This document shows positions 62,267 to 64,000 of a DNA stretch of 64,000 bases, piece after piece. Numbering within the stretch: the stretch's first letter is position 1; every line of letters starts with the position of its first letter. The notes beneath the pieces were generated by a model. The model was given only the letters and a program-made list of their open reading frames with translations. It did no database searches and was not told where the DNA came from. The DNA comes from Trichosphaerium sp. ATCC 40318 (taxonomy: Eukaryota; Protista; Tubulinea). The stretch spans positions 233,875-297,874 of the forward strand of contig JALMLS010000453.1 in NCBI GenBank assembly GCA_038496445.1, written 5' to 3'. The translations under genes and the position numbers were made by a program.

Positions 62267-62788
62267 TAGAGGTGGCAAATACCGGTCCGATACCGGTCCG
62301 GTTTCAAGATATCGGTTTTCGGTCCGTAACCGGTCCGTGATTTAGAACAAGACCAGTATTCATTCAGTGAACATCAAAGTTGTTGGCTTCTTTTTGAACC
62401 ACCAGCTACTTTCTTTTGATTAAAACCTCTTTTATCTCTTTGTGCGCACATAGAAAAATGTAAAAAGGTGCATTACTTACGTGAAATAATAGTTTCAACT
62501 ATTTTAGCTTATGAAAAAAAATCCACCACAAAAGTGTACAGCCACCTTATGTGCATGCACACAGTGAGTAGGTTGATGGATGGATGCCTCTGAGATTTTG
62601 TGACGGGGACCGTTTGGACCGATAAAAATCCAAGGGAGTAGTACCCTTTGACAAAAGTCCCTTTTTCGGCTATTTTCCCGATTTTCCAAGGGTACTTCCT
62701 TTGACAACGGACCGTTTGGACCGTTTGGAGACCGGTCTTTTGCGTTTCAGTCTGGAACCGGTTCGGACTGGTATTTCTGCCATCTCTA
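62267..62788. mobile_element. 522 bp non-autonomous hAT-type MITE
   Basis: Exact 8 bp TSD ATCACGTG (62259-62266 and 62789-62796). Imperfect TIRs TAGAGGTGGCAAATACCGGTCCGA and (reverse complement) TAGAGATGGCAGAAATACCAGTCCGA. Subterminal CGGTCC/GGACCG repeats at both ends. Confidence 0.92.
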
Positions 62789-62849
62789 ATCACGTGACAT
62801 GATTCTATGCGCTGACAATTTTAACATCGACTTTGATTAAAAAGCGACA

Positions 62850-63600
62850 ATGGTCAGAGTTAGTACCTTGTTTAAAAACACGTGGGATGCGAAGGATACA
62901 ACCAAACTATTTAAGCAAGATATTCCACACTTGACGACATGTTTGAAATAGTTCAAAATTTAACGGTGGAGCTGAATTAAGCTCTGCATTCGTCAAAGTC
63001 AGGGATCTTCAGTTTTATTGGTAGTTTTATCACACTAACTTTTCGGATATTAGCTCCTGTCATAGTCTGACGGACGAAGGTATTAAAGCATTGAATGGTA
63101 TCCATACAATTAACCTTAATTTCTGTAAGTTTGTTACAGATGAAGGTGTAAAAGCACTGAGTGGCGTTCATACTATTAACCTCAACTACTGTCACAAGAT
63201 AAGCAATGCAGGTATCAAATCACTTGCTGGAGTTCACACTATTAAGCTTTCTGATTGCGATCATGCGACAGGTGAAAGTATCAAGACACTTAAAGTGCAC
63301 CATACTACCCTTGATAATTGTTTCGCAGTTAAGATGAGGGTATCAAAGCCTTAACTGGTGTTCATCAATCTGCTATCATTTGCCTTGACTGTTGCTCAGT
63401 GATAGATGAAGGAATAAAATCACTTGCAGGTGTTCACAATTGTTGTTGGAAATGACAACATGACAGACGTTGGTATAGAAGCACTAACAGGACTTGATAC
63501 TCTACAATATATAAAGGGAGGTATTTCAGATGAGTGCATTGATAGGATAAATGCTTGGTTCATGCAAAACCCAATGTTAAAATAAGTTAACCGTTTAGGT
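62850..63600 (+). pseudogene. Disrupted LRR gene (GVHTINL..C..ITD.GIK.L repeats)
   Basis: LRR units in 63091-63354 continue in other frames on both sides with stops and frameshifts. Same repeat type as the gene at 1-392. Confidence 0.7.
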
Positions 63601-63629
63601 GCTTAACCAGTTAAGAAAAATGAGCTTAG

Positions 63630-64000
63630 CTACCCATTTTGTAGATCCGTTCTTAGCTTAGCGAGGTCTGGCACAAACACAACGTATGTATCTGTCACGT
63701 CACAACAAGTTCTTGAGCGTTCAGAGCACCTCAGTTGCAAAGTAAGTATCATATGTAACACTGTTGTTGATGATTTGTATAGTTGGCGCTGAAGTTGGCT
63801 CAGTAGAAGTCTCTGCTGGAGCATTTGTTGGAGGTTCTGTAGGAATTACAGGGGTGCCACTTCTATCGATTGTTCCACATTTGTACCAGCAATCGGCAGC
63901 TAGGTTAGCACTAGTTGCAGAGTTCATACAAAAATTGTGACCATAGGTTATGTGCTCCTTCGTTGCAAGTATCTAAAGTTTTGTGGATGTATGATCAAGA
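63630..64000 (-). CDS. Internal exon of a probable surface protein with a Thr/Pro stalk (partial)
   Basis: ..ADCWYKCGTIDRSGTPVIPTEPPTNAPAETSTEPTSAPTIQIINNSVTYD. The 5' end is outside the window. Confidence 0.4.

Noticed and set aside
1-64000. CRISPR arrays, rRNA/tRNA genes, non-standard genetic code
   Set aside because: No repeat-spacer arrays or recognisable structural RNA genes seen by eye; spliced conserved genes translate cleanly with the standard code and use TAA, TAG and TGA as stops.

Overview
AT-rich (roughly one-third GC by eye), intron-dense eukaryotic DNA, probably a protist. It uses the standard genetic code and has mostly 45-120 nt GT-AG introns, so the ORF track fragments nearly every gene. 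I spliced the genes by hand, and exon boundaries are approximate. Top finding: a ~22-exon gene (37082-41721, minus strand) encodes a single in-frame fusion of a duplicated NFLD-THUMP module, a complete ThiI-type tRNA 4-thiouridine synthetase, an acidic NLS-bearing linker and a group I cysteine desulfurase (IscS/NifZ-like). This looks like a self-contained s4U-writing enzyme in a eukaryote. Other highlights: (1) four ~5 kb paralogues of a membrane-anchored M12B metalloprotease-CAP-Cys-rich-EGF gene that vary mainly around the catalytic cleft; (2) miRNA-like hairpins in two spacers that are complementary to those genes' stop-codon region; (3) an NtA/TIMP-fold membrane protein between two protease copies; (4) an EF-1alpha with an EFL-like switch-I segment; (5) an ATF6/bZIP28-like membrane bZIP; (6) a ~550 bp inverted repeat enclosing two genes; (7) a hAT-type MITE with an 8 bp TSD; (8) strong CACGTG enrichment.
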